DNA of 64,000 bases from an uncultured Granulosicoccaceae bacterium (GCA_937925815.1 CALAMQ010000004.1:7099-71098); one strand, 5' to 3'; numbered from the stretch's first letter, positions 8,444-21,160 are shown. Notes: generated by a model from the sequence alone, not told the origin. Numbers and translations: made by a program.

Positions 8444-9016
8444 TCACTCAGACATCCGGTTGCTATCGGGCAACTCCAGTTGTCCGCTTGAAATGGCTGC
8501 AACCAGAGACACTGTCATGCGGGCCGACGCGCCCCAGAGGCTTTCACCATCGTAGTTTTCGAAAAACACCACCTGGTGATCGCGCCAGAGACGGCTGGCG
8601 TGGTTGTCAGCGTTTTGCAGCCAACGTAGCGGGATGCTGAAGAGCCGCGCGACTTCGGCTGCCTGCAGTTGCGGATCAAATGGGCGTTCGAGCACGGCCA
8701 CCACCGGCGTCACCACAAAGCCGGTGCTGGTGTCACTGTCTGGCAGTACGCCAAGCACACGCACGTGCTGGCGCGGCAGGCCAATTTCTTCTTCGGCTTC
8801 GCGCAGCGCGGTATCGACGAGGTCAGTGTCAGCGTCCTCGACACGCCCGCCGGGAAAGGCAACCTGGCCGCTGTGACGGTCCTGAGCGCGCTGACTGCGC
8901 CGGATATAGAGCACATGCCATTCGCCCTCGACCTGCGAGAGCACTATCAACACTGCCGCGCGCGCCGCCGGCGCACGCGGATTCGGGCTTGTATTATTGG
9001 CAGACGGCTGGGCCAT
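8444..9016 (-). CDS. nudL: NUDIX hydrolase, CoA pyrophosphatase (NudL-like)
   Basis: NUDIX box GGRVEDADTDLVDTALREAEEEIGL, preceded by the CoA-pyrophosphatase-type upstream motif (LIVLSQ...RRSQRAQDRHSGQVAFPGG). Confidence 0.7.
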   Translation of the reverse strand: MAQPSANNTSPNPRAPAARAAVLIVLSQVEGEWHVLYIRRSQRAQDRHSGQVAFPGGRVEDADTDLVDTALREAEEEIGLPRQHVRVLGVLPDSDTSTGFVVTPVVAVLERPFDPQLQAAEVARLFSIPLRWLQNADNHASRLWRDHQVVFFENYDGESLWGASARMTVSLVAAISSGQLELPDSNRMSE

Positions 9017-9065
9017 TGATTGACTATAGCGTGTCGTGAGCGCATCCGCCCACTGACGCCCAGGC

Positions 9066-10430
9066 TTACCGCATCGTCACCAGTTCCTCAGAGCTGGTTG
9101 GGTGGATCGCAACGGTGTCGTCAAAGTCAGACTTAGTCGCGCCCATGCGCACGGCTACGGCAAAGCCCTGGATCATCTCGTCGACACCGTGACCGATGGC
9201 GTGCACGCCGACCACGCGCTCGTCGTCGCCAACGGTCACAAGCTTCATCGCCGTCGGTGGCGCCGATTCTTCGAAGGTGTCGACCATGGGCGTAAAACGG
9301 GTCTGGTAGACGGTAACCGCGTCCTCGCCATACTCGGCCTTGGCCTCGGGCTCAGTCAGGCCCACGGTGCCAATCGGCGGGTGCGAGAACACCACCGTGG
9401 CGATGTTGTCGTAATTGAGCTTGCGCTCGGGTTTACCGCCGTAGAGTCGGTCGGCGAGACGGCGCCCGGCGGCAATCGCAACCGGCGTCAGTTGTGCGCG
9501 GCCGGTCACATCACCAATCGCAAACACCCCTTTGACGTTGGTCTCTTGCCATTCGTCGGTTGGGATGTAGCCCGCAGCGTCAGTGACCACACCCACGGTG
9601 TCGAGGTTCAGCGACCCGGACAAAGGCTTGCGGCCAACCGCCCAGATCACCGCGTCAAAGGGCGCGAGTTCGCGCGCGGTGTTGTCGATCACAATCCCGT
9701 CCGCTGTGCGTGCGAGCGCGGTTGGGGTGCAATCGGTGACAAGCTCAATGCCCTGATGCGAGATGGATTCAACCAGCGCGTCGGTCATCAGCGGATCAAA
9801 ATTGCGAAGCGGCGCGTGCTTGCGAACGAGCAAGCTGACATCACTGCCAAACGCCTGCAACACACCTGCAAGCTCCACGGCGATGTAACCCGCGCCTACA
9901 ACCGCCACGCGCTGCGGCCGGTTGACCAGCTCAAAAAAGCCGTCCGAGGTCAGGCCGAGGTCCGCACCGGGGATGTCCGGCACAGTCGGTGTGCCACCGA
10001 CCGCAATCACGATGTTGTCGGCGGTGTAGAGCGCGTCGCCAACGCGGATCGTGCCGCCGCCCTCTGGGTTCACGCTCTCGATCACCGCGTCACCGCGGAT
10101 CGCAGTGACCTTGTTATCCGAGAGGTAACCGTCGTACCAATTCTCGATGCCGCGGATATTGGCCTCGCGCTTGGCCACCAGCTCGCTCCAGTTGACGCCG
10201 TTTAGGGTAACGTCAATGGCGTAGCCTTCGGCGCGCTTGATCGCGGCGAGCTGCTCGGCCCCGAACCACATCATTTTCTTCGGCACACAGCCGCGAATGA
10301 CGCAGGTGCCGCCCATGCGGTCACGCTCGATCAGCGCAGCTTTGGCGCCATAGCTCGCCGCGCGCTGCGCGACCGACAGTCCACCGCTGCCTCCACCGAT
10401 GGCGATCAAATCAAAATGGGTGTCTGTCAT
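9066..10430 (-). CDS. gor: glutathione-disulfide reductase
   Basis: FAD motif [11 protein letters not shown], redox-active [14 protein letters not shown]-terminal HPTSSEE dimerisation/active-site His motif; 454 aa. Confidence 0.9.
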   Translation of the reverse strand: MTDTHFDLIAIGGGSGGLSVAQRAASYGAKAALIERDRMGGTCVIRGCVPKKMMWFGAEQLAAIKRAEGYAIDVTLNGVNWSELVAKREANIRGIENWYDGYLSDNKVTAIRGDAVIESVNPEGGGTIRVGDALYTADNIVIAVGGTPTVPDIPGADLGLTSDGFFELVNRPQRVAVVGAGYIAVELAGVLQAFGSDVSLLVRKHAPLRNFDPLMTDALVESISHQGIELVTDCTPTALARTADGIVIDNTARELAPFDAVIWAVGRKPLSGSLNLDTVGVVTDAAGYIPTDEWQETNVKGVFAIGDVTGRAQLTPVAIAAGRRLADRLYGGKPERKLNYDNIATVVFSHPPIGTVGLTEPEAKAEYGEDAVTVYQTRFTPMVDTFEESAPPTAMKLVTVGDDERVVGVHAIGHGVDEMIQGFAVAVRMGATKSDFDDTVAIHPTSSEELVTMR

Positions 10431-10517
10431 GTCTAGGTTGCTCTCATGGTTGAGTGTTCGGCCAAGGCGGGAGTTCTGGCATTATGACGGTGCGTCCCTC
10501 GCCCGCAAGCACCGTCG

Positions 10518-11429
10518 ATGTCTGACCATCCCCTGACCCCAGAAATTCCGCAAGCGCTGTTTGCCAATTGGCGCGAACGCCTGCCTGACTTCATTCGGCT
10601 GACCCGTTTGAACCGGCCAATCGGGGTATTACTGCTTGCGTGGTCAATGTACTGGGGCTTGTGGCTAGGTGCGGGCGGCTGGCCCGGAATCAAGCTTGTA
10701 GTGGTTTTCACGGTGGGTTGCATCCTCACGCGCTCGGCCGGCTGTTGCATCAATGACTACGCCGACCGCCACTTCGACGGCTTCGTGGCGCGCACCACAG
10801 ACCGCCCGATCGCTTCCGGGCGGGTATTGCCAGCAGAAGCGTTGTGGCTCGCCGGCGGGCTGACCGCGCTCGCAGCGGTTTTGCTGCTGTTCACCAACGC
10901 GCTGACGCTCTGGCTCGCGGTGCTCGCGGCCGTCCTCGCTGCCGCCTACCCCTTCTGCAAACGGGTGACGCACTTGCCGCAGATCGTGCTCGGCGCGGCC
11001 TTCGGCATGAGCATCCCGATGGCCTTTGCCGCCACCAGCGGCAGCGTGCCACCGCTTGGCTGGGCGGTGTTTCTGATTTCCTTGATCTGGTCGACGGCCT
11101 ACGACACCGAGTACGCCATGACCGACCGCGATGACGACCTCAAGATCGGCGTCAAGTCCACTGCCATCTTGCTTGGCCGCTTTGATGTCGCGGCGGTCGC
11201 GATCATGCTGCTCGCGGTGTTGCTCGGCCTCGCTGCAGTCGGTGCGCAGTTGCAATTTGGGTTTGCGTGGTGGCTCGGCCTCACAGGCGCCGCCGCCTCG
11301 GCGGGCTACCAAATCTGGCTGATCCGGGCGCGCGATCCCGCCAATTGCTTCCGCGCCTTTTTACACAACCACTATTTCGGCATGTCGGTGTTTGCCGGCC
11401 TGTTCGCCGAATACGCGCTGGCGAGCTGA
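10518..11429 (+). CDS. ubiA: 4-hydroxybenzoate octaprenyltransferase
   Basis: UbiA prenyltransferase motifs (NDYADRHFDG, second Asp-rich YDTEYAMTDRDDD); 303 aa; polytopic. Confidence 0.9.
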   Translation: MSDHPLTPEIPQALFANWRERLPDFIRLTRLNRPIGVLLLAWSMYWGLWLGAGGWPGIKLVVVFTVGCILTRSAGCCINDYADRHFDGFVARTTDRPIASGRVLPAEALWLAGGLTALAAVLLLFTNALTLWLAVLAAVLAAAYPFCKRVTHLPQIVLGAAFGMSIPMAFAATSGSVPPLGWAVFLISLIWSTAYDTEYAMTDRDDDLKIGVKSTAILLGRFDVAAVAIMLLAVLLGLAAVGAQLQFGFAWWLGLTGAAASAGYQIWLIRARDPANCFRAFLHNHYFGMSVFAGLFAEYALAS

Positions 11430-11433
11430 TCAC

Positions 11434-13128
11434 GTGACACCGTTCGATGCACTCGAGAGCTTGATCCGCGCACACGCGCAGGCCCACGAAGACGATGCCC
11501 CGCCTTCACTGCAACTCGCGTTGAGCGCCCTGCACAAAGCGCAGTGGTCTGAGCAAGAACCTGAACACGCGCGCCAAGTGGTGGTGTTTGGGCCGACGCA
11601 GTCGGGCAAGAGCACCGCAGTCAATCTGTTGCTCGGCACCGAGGCGGCTGGGGTCTCGGCGCTCGCGGGACACACGGTGCACGCCCAAGCCTTTCTGCAA
11701 GGCCACGACAACACCGCGCCACTAGAACCTTTTTTCAATGGTTACCGCGCAAGTTCCCTCGACGCCTTGTCCGACTCGACACTCAAACAGTGGTCCGCAG
11801 CGACAGTCACCGCCAGCGACACCGTGCAAACGGTGTGGGACACACCCGACTTCGACTCCCTGCGCGCGGCGGAGTACCTCGACGCCGTGGCCCGAAGCCT
11901 CGGGCTCGCCGACGTGCTGGTGCTCATGGTCAGCAAAGACAAGTACGCCGACCACAGTGTCTGGCAGTGGCTTGACCTGATCGCACCCTTGGGCAAACCC
12001 ACCGTCTTGTGCGTGAACAAAGTTGACGAGGCCAGTCGCGAGGTGGTCATCGCGGCGCTGCTCGAGCGCCTTGCCAACCACCCCATCTCAGCGGAGCAAC
12101 CCGCAGTCTGCGTGATGCCTTGGTTCGATGCCGCAGACGGACCGCCAGATCTCGAAGTGACCGCACTCCGCCACGCCGTGGACGACGCGACCGCGAGGCT
12201 TGAACGCCGTGATCAAGGCGCCCAAGCAAGCGCGCTCATCGCAGCACACTGGCCGAGCTGGACCGCGCCACTGCGCGCTGAAATTGACGCGCACAATCAA
12301 TTTGAACAGGGTCTGCAATCCGCCAGCGAGGCGATGCTGCAAAGCTACCGCGCCGAGTTCCTCGACCACCCAGAGCACTATGAGACTTTCCAGCACAGCC
12401 TCGCCGAAATGCTGCAACTGCTCGAACTGCCCGGCCTCGCGGGCGCGCTGGGGTACACGCGGCGCATCGTGACCTGGCCCGTGCGCACGGTCTTCGGTCT
12501 CGGCGCACGCGCCGCCGGTGCCAAAAAGCCTGAGAGCTTTGAAGCCGAACTATTACAAGACCGGCACAGCGAAGCGCTGTCTGGATTGATCGAGCAAGCG
12601 CTGACTGAGGCGAGCGCCAACGGACCGAGCGCTGCGTGGTGGCGCGCCGCGGCAACCGCCATGCGCGCCAACCGCACCGCGTGGGAGAGCGCATTCGAAA
12701 ACGATGTCACCGACTACAGACGCGACTTTGAGCCCGAGATTCGACACGCCGCAGAGCAACTCTACGCGGGCTTGCAAGAACAGCCCGCCATCCTCAACAG
12801 CCTGCGCGCGGCCCGTTTCACAGCTGACGCGGCCGGGGTTGCGTTTGCGGTCAAAACAGGCGGCGTTGGCATCGCCGATCTCGCGATTGCGCCGGCCATG
12901 CTCTCGGTCACGACACTTCTGACCGAGAGCGCACTTGGCAAATACATTGATACGGTGATGGCGGACTTGCGCAAGAAACAGTACGAGACTGTACAGGGGC
13001 GTTTGGTTAACGGCGGCTTTCGCGGTCAGCTTACCGCCACACTTGGCGAGCTCAACGCACCCGGCCTCTACCGCATCAGCCAACACGAACTCGGCGACAT
13101 TGGCGACGCACTCGGACAGCCTCAATGA
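11434..13128 (+). CDS. large P-loop GTPase of unknown function (paralog A of a tandem pair)
   Basis: G1 GPTQSGKST, atypical G3 WDTPDFD, G4 NKVD. The C-terminal 350 aa or so are helical with no recognisable domain. The start is uncertain: GTG at 11434, 4 nt after the ubiA stop, or the ATG at 11392 inside ubiA as given by the ORF track. Its stop overlaps the start of the next GTPase. Confidence 0.6.
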   Translation: MTPFDALESLIRAHAQAHEDDAPPSLQLALSALHKAQWSEQEPEHARQVVVFGPTQSGKSTAVNLLLGTEAAGVSALAGHTVHAQAFLQGHDNTAPLEPFFNGYRASSLDALSDSTLKQWSAATVTASDTVQTVWDTPDFDSLRAAEYLDAVARSLGLADVLVLMVSKDKYADHSVWQWLDLIAPLGKPTVLCVNKVDEASREVVIAALLERLANHPISAEQPAVCVMPWFDAADGPPDLEVTALRHAVDDATARLERRDQGAQASALIAAHWPSWTAPLRAEIDAHNQFEQGLQSASEAMLQSYRAEFLDHPEHYETFQHSLAEMLQLLELPGLAGALGYTRRIVTWPVRTVFGLGARAAGAKKPESFEAELLQDRHSEALSGLIEQALTEASANGPSAAWWRAAATAMRANRTAWESAFENDVTDYRRDFEPEIRHAAEQLYAGLQEQPAILNSLRAARFTADAAGVAFAVKTGGVGIADLAIAPAMLSVTTLLTESALGKYIDTVMADLRKKQYETVQGRLVNGGFRGQLTATLGELNAPGLYRISQHELGDIGDALGQPQ

Positions 13129-14690
13129 GCAATCACCTCGACACACTTGATGCGTTGAATGCCTGGGCCACTGGCGCACAGCAAGCCGGCTGGCTGGACA
13201 ACCAGCGACGCGAAGCCATCGCCGCACACCGCCCGCACGATCCAACCCAACTCTTCGCAAGCGGTGAGACAGCCCCGCTGGTGTTGGCGTTTTTTGGCGG
13301 TACCGGGGTTGGCAAAAGCAGCTTGCTCAACCGCCTCGCGGGCAGCGACGTTGCAAAAAGCGGCGTGGTGCGCCCGACCTCGCGGGAAGTGACCTTGTAT
13401 CTGCACGAGGACGTCGAACTTGCTTCACTGCCAGCAGAGTTGCCAGTTGAGCACACGCGCATCCAACGCCACGCCGTGGACGCGCACCGAGACGCTCTGT
13501 GGATCGACACACCAGACATTGATTCGGTGGTCACAACCCACCGCGACCAAGTCATGGCCTGGATGCCGTACATCGACTTACTGGTGTATGTGGTCTCACC
13601 TGAGCGCTACCGCGATGACGCCGGCTGGGACTTACTGCAACAACACCGCAAGCGCCACGACTGGGCTTTTGTGATCAATCACTGGGACCGCGGCGACCCA
13701 GCGCAGCGCGAGGACTTCATCGCGTTGTTGCGCGCCGGCGGCATCGACGACCCCGCCGTGTTTTGCACCGATTGCCGTGACGGCGGGTCACCGACAGACG
13801 ACTTCGAGCGCCTGCAAGCGCACGTCGCCGCCAGCAGTGAAGCGCTCGCCATTGCCGAGGCCCGCCAGCGCGGCGCTGCGACCGAACGCGCCGCACTTAC
13901 CGCACTGATTGAAAGCGCAACCGATGCACTCGGACACGACACGGCCTGGTCTGAGATTGACGCCACAATCGAATCTCAATTGACCGGTCTCGCGCAGCAC
14001 CTTGAATCCGACACGCACAGCAGCCGCGCAGCTGTGCACAGCCGGCTTTTCCCAGCGCCAGAGCCACCGTTTTGGCGTCGCGTGCTCGGCGCGCGCGAAC
14101 ACCCCAAGGCACCACCGGTCGACATCGAGGTCTGGACCGCACGCGGCGATGACCGCTTGATTGGCGCACTCGATAACCTGCTGATCGCAGCCGACGACGC
14201 GGCACTGCCGACCACACCGCTCCGGCAAGTCTTGACCCTCAAATCGTTGCACCCGGACGCCACAGTCAACGGCGCCTGCTCCGACGCACTGCACGCGGCG
14301 CTCGAAACCCCCGGCACCGCACTGCAACGCGGCGTACACCGGATGGCTCGGCTGCTCGCTATCGCACTGCCACTGATGGTGCTGCTGTGGGTCGGCCAGC
14401 GGGTGTTGCAGGGATTCCTCGCTGGCGCGAGCGACCCCACGCAATACATTGGCCTCAATTTCCTGACCAACAGCCTGATGTTGCTGGTCTTGAGCGCACT
14501 GCTGCCGGCTGCACTCGCCGAGTGGCTCAGGCCCTCGCAACGCGCGGCCTGCGCCACGGCGCTGCGAGAAGGGCTCAGGCAGGGTTGCATAACGCTCACT
14601 GCCACCGCACGGCATGAGCTCAGTGTTCTCAAAGGTTCGCGCGACAAATTATTGTCGTCGCTTAGAGCGATTGCCACCCGCCTCGACTGA
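13125..14690 (+). CDS. large P-loop GTPase with C-terminal membrane hairpin (paralog B of the tandem pair)
   Basis: G1 GGTGVGKSS, atypical G3 WIDTPDID, G4-like NHWD. Two predicted C-terminal TM helices (LLAIALPLMVLLWVGQRVL, LNFLTNSLMLLVLSALLPAALA); 521 aa; ATGA overlap with gene A. Confidence 0.6.
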   Translation: MSNHLDTLDALNAWATGAQQAGWLDNQRREAIAAHRPHDPTQLFASGETAPLVLAFFGGTGVGKSSLLNRLAGSDVAKSGVVRPTSREVTLYLHEDVELASLPAELPVEHTRIQRHAVDAHRDALWIDTPDIDSVVTTHRDQVMAWMPYIDLLVYVVSPERYRDDAGWDLLQQHRKRHDWAFVINHWDRGDPAQREDFIALLRAGGIDDPAVFCTDCRDGGSPTDDFERLQAHVAASSEALAIAEARQRGAATERAALTALIESATDALGHDTAWSEIDATIESQLTGLAQHLESDTHSSRAAVHSRLFPAPEPPFWRRVLGAREHPKAPPVDIEVWTARGDDRLIGALDNLLIAADDAALPTTPLRQVLTLKSLHPDATVNGACSDALHAALETPGTALQRGVHRMARLLAIALPLMVLLWVGQRVLQGFLAGASDPTQYIGLNFLTNSLMLLVLSALLPAALAEWLRPSQRAACATALREGLRQGCITLTATARHELSVLKGSRDKLLSSLRAIATRLD

Positions 14691-14708
14691 ATACAGCCGG
14701 ACTCAGGC

Positions 14709-15437
14709 CTATCGACCGCCGCCGCGCGCCACACAAACAATTGTAATGTTCTGGTATCCAGCGCGATGACAAGCGCTCGCGAGGGCCCTCAAGGTCTCGC
14801 CAGTGGTGACAATATCGTCCACCAAAATCACTGAGTCAGCCCCGTCCGGTGGTGGCTCGACCGCAAATGCGCCGCGCAAGTTGCGGCGACGCTCGCGCGC
14901 GTCGAGCGCGTGCTGAGGCGCCGTCTCTCGCACGCGGCGGGCGATCACCAAACCGGGCAGGCGGCGCGCCCTGACAAGATCGCTGGCAAGGCGCCTCGCG
15001 TGATTAGAACCCCGCTGTAACAAGCGACTGCGGTGCATCGGCACCGGCATGACCCACCCCCGCTCTCCCTGTGGCAGCGACGCGCTGAGCAACGCGCCAC
15101 ATAGCCGTCCAGCCGCGGCGTCTTGGTGATACTTGAAGCGCTGAATCAGGTGATCCACTGGCAGCTCGTACCGCAACGCCACCGATGCCCGTGACCACGG
15201 CGGTGGCCGCTTTGTGCAAGCCCCACACACACGGCCCGATGCCATCGGCTCACCGCAAGTGACACAGCCAGTGCGAATCCAAGGCAAGTCCCTCTCGCAA
15301 CCTTGGCACAAATTCTGAAACCCACTCGCCCGAGCGTCGCAAAACCAACAGCGGTCGAGCGCCAGCTCACACAGCAGTCGCCGGTATGCAGTCCGCGCAC
15401 GCACCGAAAGGGCGTCGCAGTTGATACCGGACATCAC
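14709..15437 (-). CDS. comF: ComF/GntX family protein (phosphoribosyltransferase-like)
   Basis: N-terminal 4-Cys zinc-finger-like region (CxxC...CxxC) and a C-terminal PRTase motif VILVDDIVTTGETL; 242 aa. Confidence 0.8.
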   Translation of the reverse strand: MMSGINCDALSVRARTAYRRLLCELALDRCWFCDARASGFQNLCQGCERDLPWIRTGCVTCGEPMASGRVCGACTKRPPPWSRASVALRYELPVDHLIQRFKYHQDAAAGRLCGALLSASLPQGERGWVMPVPMHRSRLLQRGSNHARRLASDLVRARRLPGLVIARRVRETAPQHALDARERRRNLRGAFAVEPPPDGADSVILVDDIVTTGETLRALASACHRAGYQNITIVCVARGGGR

Positions 15438-15570
15438 TGGAACGGGTTCCGGTGTGATCCGACTGCGGCAACATTTTTTTTAATTAGTGGAGTCGATCCA
15501 CATCGATAGCCGACCGGTCCGAGATTGGGACCAGACGCAGTTTCCAGGCTATCCCCGGAGTTTTTAGACG

Positions 15571-16284
15571 ATGCAAAAAGTATTTTTGGTTTCAGCGCTG
15601 GCTGCCACTCTCTACGGCTGTGGTATTGCCCCAAAGAATATGGACAACGAGTGCGACCACAGCGCGTCGGACACTGCGGGTTACTGGGTCGACCAGACCG
15701 GCACCAATGTCTTAATGTCCGGTACCGGCGAGAAAGTGCGCACGGGCTATTGGACCGCAGACGCAGCAGCCCACGCGGATTGCAACGACGGCACCATGGT
15801 GTCATCGACCACCAGCAACGGTGAGAGCGACGCCAGCACAGACTCCGACGGCGAGATGACCGTTGAGCGCGTGCGCATCGACGCCCGTGTGTTGTTCGGC
15901 TTTGACAGCGCCGTGTTGTCCGATGCGGGCAAAGTCGAACTCGACTTGCTGATCTCTGACATGCAGGCACTGAGCGAAATTCAGAGCATTTTGGTCGTTG
16001 GCCACACCGACAGCGTCGGCTCGATGTCCTACAACCAGATGCTCTCTGAGCGACGAGCTGCCAGCGTGCGCGACTACCTCGCTGCAGGTCTCGCAGAACT
16101 CGCCATCTCCTCTGAGGGACGCGGTGAGAGCGAGCCAGTGGCTGACAACGACACCGAGGCCGGCCGCGAACGCAACCGCCGAGTCGAAGTGTTTGTCGAT
16201 GGCACGGCCGAAAGCGTTGAGCAAATGGCCAAAGAGCCTGTCGCCGACAAAATCTCGGAGCTGATCAGCAACCTCACGAGCTGA
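15571..16284 (+). CDS. OmpA-family peptidoglycan-binding protein, probable lipoprotein
   Basis: Signal peptide ending LYGC; acidic Ser/Asp-rich linker; C-terminal OmpA-like domain (FGFDSAVL...VVGHTDSVGS..YNQMLSERRAASV..NRRVEV). Confidence 0.8.
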   Translation: MQKVFLVSALAATLYGCGIAPKNMDNECDHSASDTAGYWVDQTGTNVLMSGTGEKVRTGYWTADAAAHADCNDGTMVSSTTSNGESDASTDSDGEMTVERVRIDARVLFGFDSAVLSDAGKVELDLLISDMQALSEIQSILVVGHTDSVGSMSYNQMLSERRAASVRDYLAAGLAELAISSEGRGESEPVADNDTEAGRERNRRVEVFVDGTAESVEQMAKEPVADKISELISNLTS

Positions 16285-16332
16285 CAGCACACGACAAGCT
16301 GGCTGTGCCACGCGCGCGCAGCCTGCCTGCAG

Positions 16333-16357
16333 AGGCGGCCATTGGCCGCCTTTTTTT
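16333..16357 (+). terminator. rho-independent terminator after the OmpA-like gene
   Basis: Hairpin ggcggcc-att-ggccgcc followed by TTTTTTT. Confidence 0.6.
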
Positions 16358-16364
16358 GTGCCGC

Positions 16365-17042
16365 TCACAACCACCCCCGCTCGGCCAGTGACGCCGTCTC
16401 GCCGCGCCCGACCACCATGTGATCGAGCACGCGCACACCCACCAACGCGAGCGCCTGTGTCAGGGTGCCGGTGATATCGCGGTCGGCCTGACTTGGCTCA
16501 GCGCAGCCAGACGGGTGATTGTGCGCGAGGATCACCGCCGCCGCGTTGACCGCGAGCGCGTGTTTGACCACCTCGCGCGGGTAGACGCTGGCGCAGTCGA
16601 GCGTGCCGCGGAACAGCGGCTCATAGGCGATCACACGGTGCCGGTTATCAAGCCACAGACAGCCGAAGGATTCGTGCGGCAAGTGCGCAAGTTGGGCGTG
16701 CAGAAATTCTTGCGCCGAGCGCGGGCTGTCGAGCGCGCGGCCATCGGTGAGTCGCTGCGCCAAACTGCGGCGGCTGATCTCGGCACAGGCTTGCAACAAC
16801 ACCCAAGTGGCTGGTCCAACGCCGTGCTGCTCGCACACCGTCCCCACATCAGCGCTGAGCAGCCGGCGTAAATCCCCGTGCGCCGAGAGCAGCGAGCGCG
16901 CCAGCGACAGCGCGCTGTGCCCACTGACACCGGTGCGCAGCACAATCGCCAATAACTCGCCGTCGCTCAGTGACGCCGCGCCGCGCTCCAGCAGCTTCTC
17001 TCGCGGCCGTTCAGCCGCCGGCCAGTCTCGTATCGTCATCGG
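16365..17042 (-). CDS. radC: RadC-family JAB/MPN domain protein (UPF0758)
   Basis: N-terminal HhH motif ([14 protein letters not shown]), JAMM motif HNHPSG...D. I place the start at the ATG for MTIRDW at 17040-17042; the ORF track's 17111 looks like an upstream extension. Confidence 0.85.
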   Translation of the reverse strand, partial: PMTIRDWPAAERPREKLLERGAASLSDGELLAIVLRTGVSGHSALSLARSLLSAHGDLRRLLSADVGTVCEQHGVGPATWVLLQACAEISRRSLAQRLTDGRALDSPRSAQEFLHAQLAHLPHESFGCLWLDNRHRVIAYEPLFRGTLDCASVYPREVVKHALAVNAAAVILAHNHPSGCAEPSQADRDITGTLTQALALVGVRVLDHMVVGRGETASLAERGWL

Positions 17043-17199
17043 GTGCCTCCGTGGCGAATACGCTAGCAAGCGCGCTCGCAGCACGCCTTCACAGCACCCT
17101 CCCCGATTCACCGCAACGTGTCTGCCGTAACGCGCACTGCTTCAAGAAGCTTACACCCCGGTATCAGTCTTACTCGGTCACGGTGGTAACATCTGCTCT

Positions 17200-18399
17200 A
17201 TGACTCAGACAGCCAAAACCCGTGTGCTCTTAGGCGTCTCAGGTGGCATTGCCGCTTATAAATCCGCCGAGCTGGTGCGCCGGTTAAGTGACGCGCAGTG
17301 CGAGGTGCAAGTGGTGATGACCGCGGGCGCCGAGGCCTTTGTGACGCCTCTGACCTTCCAGGCGCTCTCCGGTCGCCCGGTTAGAAGCGCGCTGTTCGAC
17401 CGCGACGCAGAAGCCGCCATGGGCCACATTGAGCTCGCACGCTGGGCGGACCAGATCCTGATTGCGCCGGCAAGCGCGGACCTGATCGCTCGATTGGCCG
17501 CTGGCATGGCGGATGACCTTTTGAGCACCGTGGTGCTCGCGAGCGCAGCCCCGCTCAGTGTGGCGCCGGCGATGAACCAACAGATGTACGCCAACGCCGC
17601 CACCCAAGCCAACCTCGATACCCTGCGTGCGCGCGGCGTGCGCGTGCTCGGCCCAGCGAGCGGTGAACAAGCCTGCGGGGATGTGGGCGCCGGGCGGATG
17701 CTTGAGCCCGCGGAACTGGTTGCGGCGGTCACCGGCAACACCAGTGGGCCACTCAAGGGCGTGCGCGCCGTGATCACAGCGGGCCCAACCGTTGAAGACA
17801 TCGATCCCGTTCGGTATCTGAGCAACCACAGTAGCGGCAAGATGGGATACGCCATCGCCGCCGCGCTCGTTGCCGCCGGCAGCGAGGTCACGTTGATCAG
17901 TGGCCCAACCACCCTGCCAACGCCGGCTGGCGCGACCCGCGTGGACGTGCGTTCAGCCGCTGACATGCTCCGCGCAGTTGAAGACACCGCTGGGCGCTGC
18001 GATCTTTTTATCGGGTGCGCGGCTGTCGCCGATTACCGCGTGGTCAATCCCGCGACACAAAAAATCAAAAAACAATCAGACACCATGACGCTCAGCCTGG
18101 AGCGCAACCCTGACATCCTGCAGCAAGTGGCCGCGCGTGCTGAGCCCCCTGTCTGCGTCGGCTTTGCCGCCGAGACCAACGATATGGCCGCGCACGCGCG
18201 CGGCAAACTCGAGCGCAAAGGGCTGCACCTGATATGCGCTAACCGTGTCGGCGGTGAGCACAGTGCCTTTGGCGCCGATGACAACGCACTCGACCTCTGG
18301 TGGCCAAACGACGGTCACCGCCAGCTGGCGCGCGCTCCCAAGACGGTGATCGCAAGCCAACTCGTAGACCACATTGCAGACCTCTATTTCAGTCACTGA
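17200..18399 (+). CDS. coaBC: bifunctional phosphopantothenoylcysteine decarboxylase / phosphopantothenate-cysteine ligase
   Basis: N-terminal flavoprotein domain (VLLGVSGGIAAYKSAELVRRL) and C-terminal CoaB domain (GKMGYAIA); 399 aa. Confidence 0.95.
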   Translation: MTQTAKTRVLLGVSGGIAAYKSAELVRRLSDAQCEVQVVMTAGAEAFVTPLTFQALSGRPVRSALFDRDAEAAMGHIELARWADQILIAPASADLIARLAAGMADDLLSTVVLASAAPLSVAPAMNQQMYANAATQANLDTLRARGVRVLGPASGEQACGDVGAGRMLEPAELVAAVTGNTSGPLKGVRAVITAGPTVEDIDPVRYLSNHSSGKMGYAIAAALVAAGSEVTLISGPTTLPTPAGATRVDVRSAADMLRAVEDTAGRCDLFIGCAAVADYRVVNPATQKIKKQSDTMTLSLERNPDILQQVAARAEPPVCVGFAAETNDMAAHARGKLERKGLHLICANRVGGEHSAFGADDNALDLWWPNDGHRQLARAPKTVIASQLVDHIADLYFSH

Positions 18400-18402
18400 A
18401 CC

Positions 18403-18858
18403 ATGCATCAACTGAACGTCAAGATTCTCGATCCGCGCATCGGCGACACCATCGCCATGCCCACCTACGCCACACCCGGCTCGGCCGGGCTCGACCTGCG
18501 CGCCTGCCTCGACGAAGACACCCCACTTGCACCAGGGGATACGCTACTGGTGCCAACTGGGCTCGCGGTGCACATTGCAGACCCGTCACTGGCTGGCATC
18601 GTGCTGCCGCGTTCGGGCCTTGGCCACAAACACGGCATCGTGCTCGGCAACCTCGTTGGTCTCATTGATTCGGATTACCAGGGACAGCTCTACGTGTCCG
18701 CGTGGAACCGCGGCGACACCCCGTACACCATCGAAGTCGGTGAACGGCTCGCGCAATTTGTGCTGATGCCTGTGGTGCAAGCGAGCTTTCAAGTCGTCGA
18801 CAGTTTTCCTCACAGCGAGCGCGGTGACGGCGGCTATGGCTCGACCGGAAGCCGCTGA
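18403..18858 (+). CDS. dut: dUTP diphosphatase
   Basis: 151 aa; dUTPase motifs [26 protein letters not shown]. Confidence 0.95.
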   Translation: MHQLNVKILDPRIGDTIAMPTYATPGSAGLDLRACLDEDTPLAPGDTLLVPTGLAVHIADPSLAGIVLPRSGLGHKHGIVLGNLVGLIDSDYQGQLYVSAWNRGDTPYTIEVGERLAQFVLMPVVQASFQVVDSFPHSERGDGGYGSTGSR

Positions 18859-18861
18859 GCG

Positions 18862-21155
<2,294 letters not shown>

Positions 21156-21160
21156 CGATG

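Noticed and set aside
9102-10205. 367-aa plus-strand ORF antisense to gor
   Set aside because: It lies entirely inside the well-supported gor gene on the other strand. Long stop-free antisense frames are expected at about 65% GC. No motifs.
10665-11312. 215-aa minus-strand ORF inside ubiA
   Set aside because: Antisense to a confidently identified UbiA prenyltransferase. Arg/Gly-rich low-complexity translation typical of high-GC frame artefacts.
13788-14740. Two long minus-strand ORFs (275 and 254 aa) antisense to GTPase B
   Set aside because: Both are Arg/Ala/Cys-rich without motifs, while the sense frame carries clear Walker motifs and TM helices.
17256-17987. 243-aa minus-strand ORF antisense to coaBC
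   Set aside because: coaBC identity is unambiguous, so this is a frame artefact.
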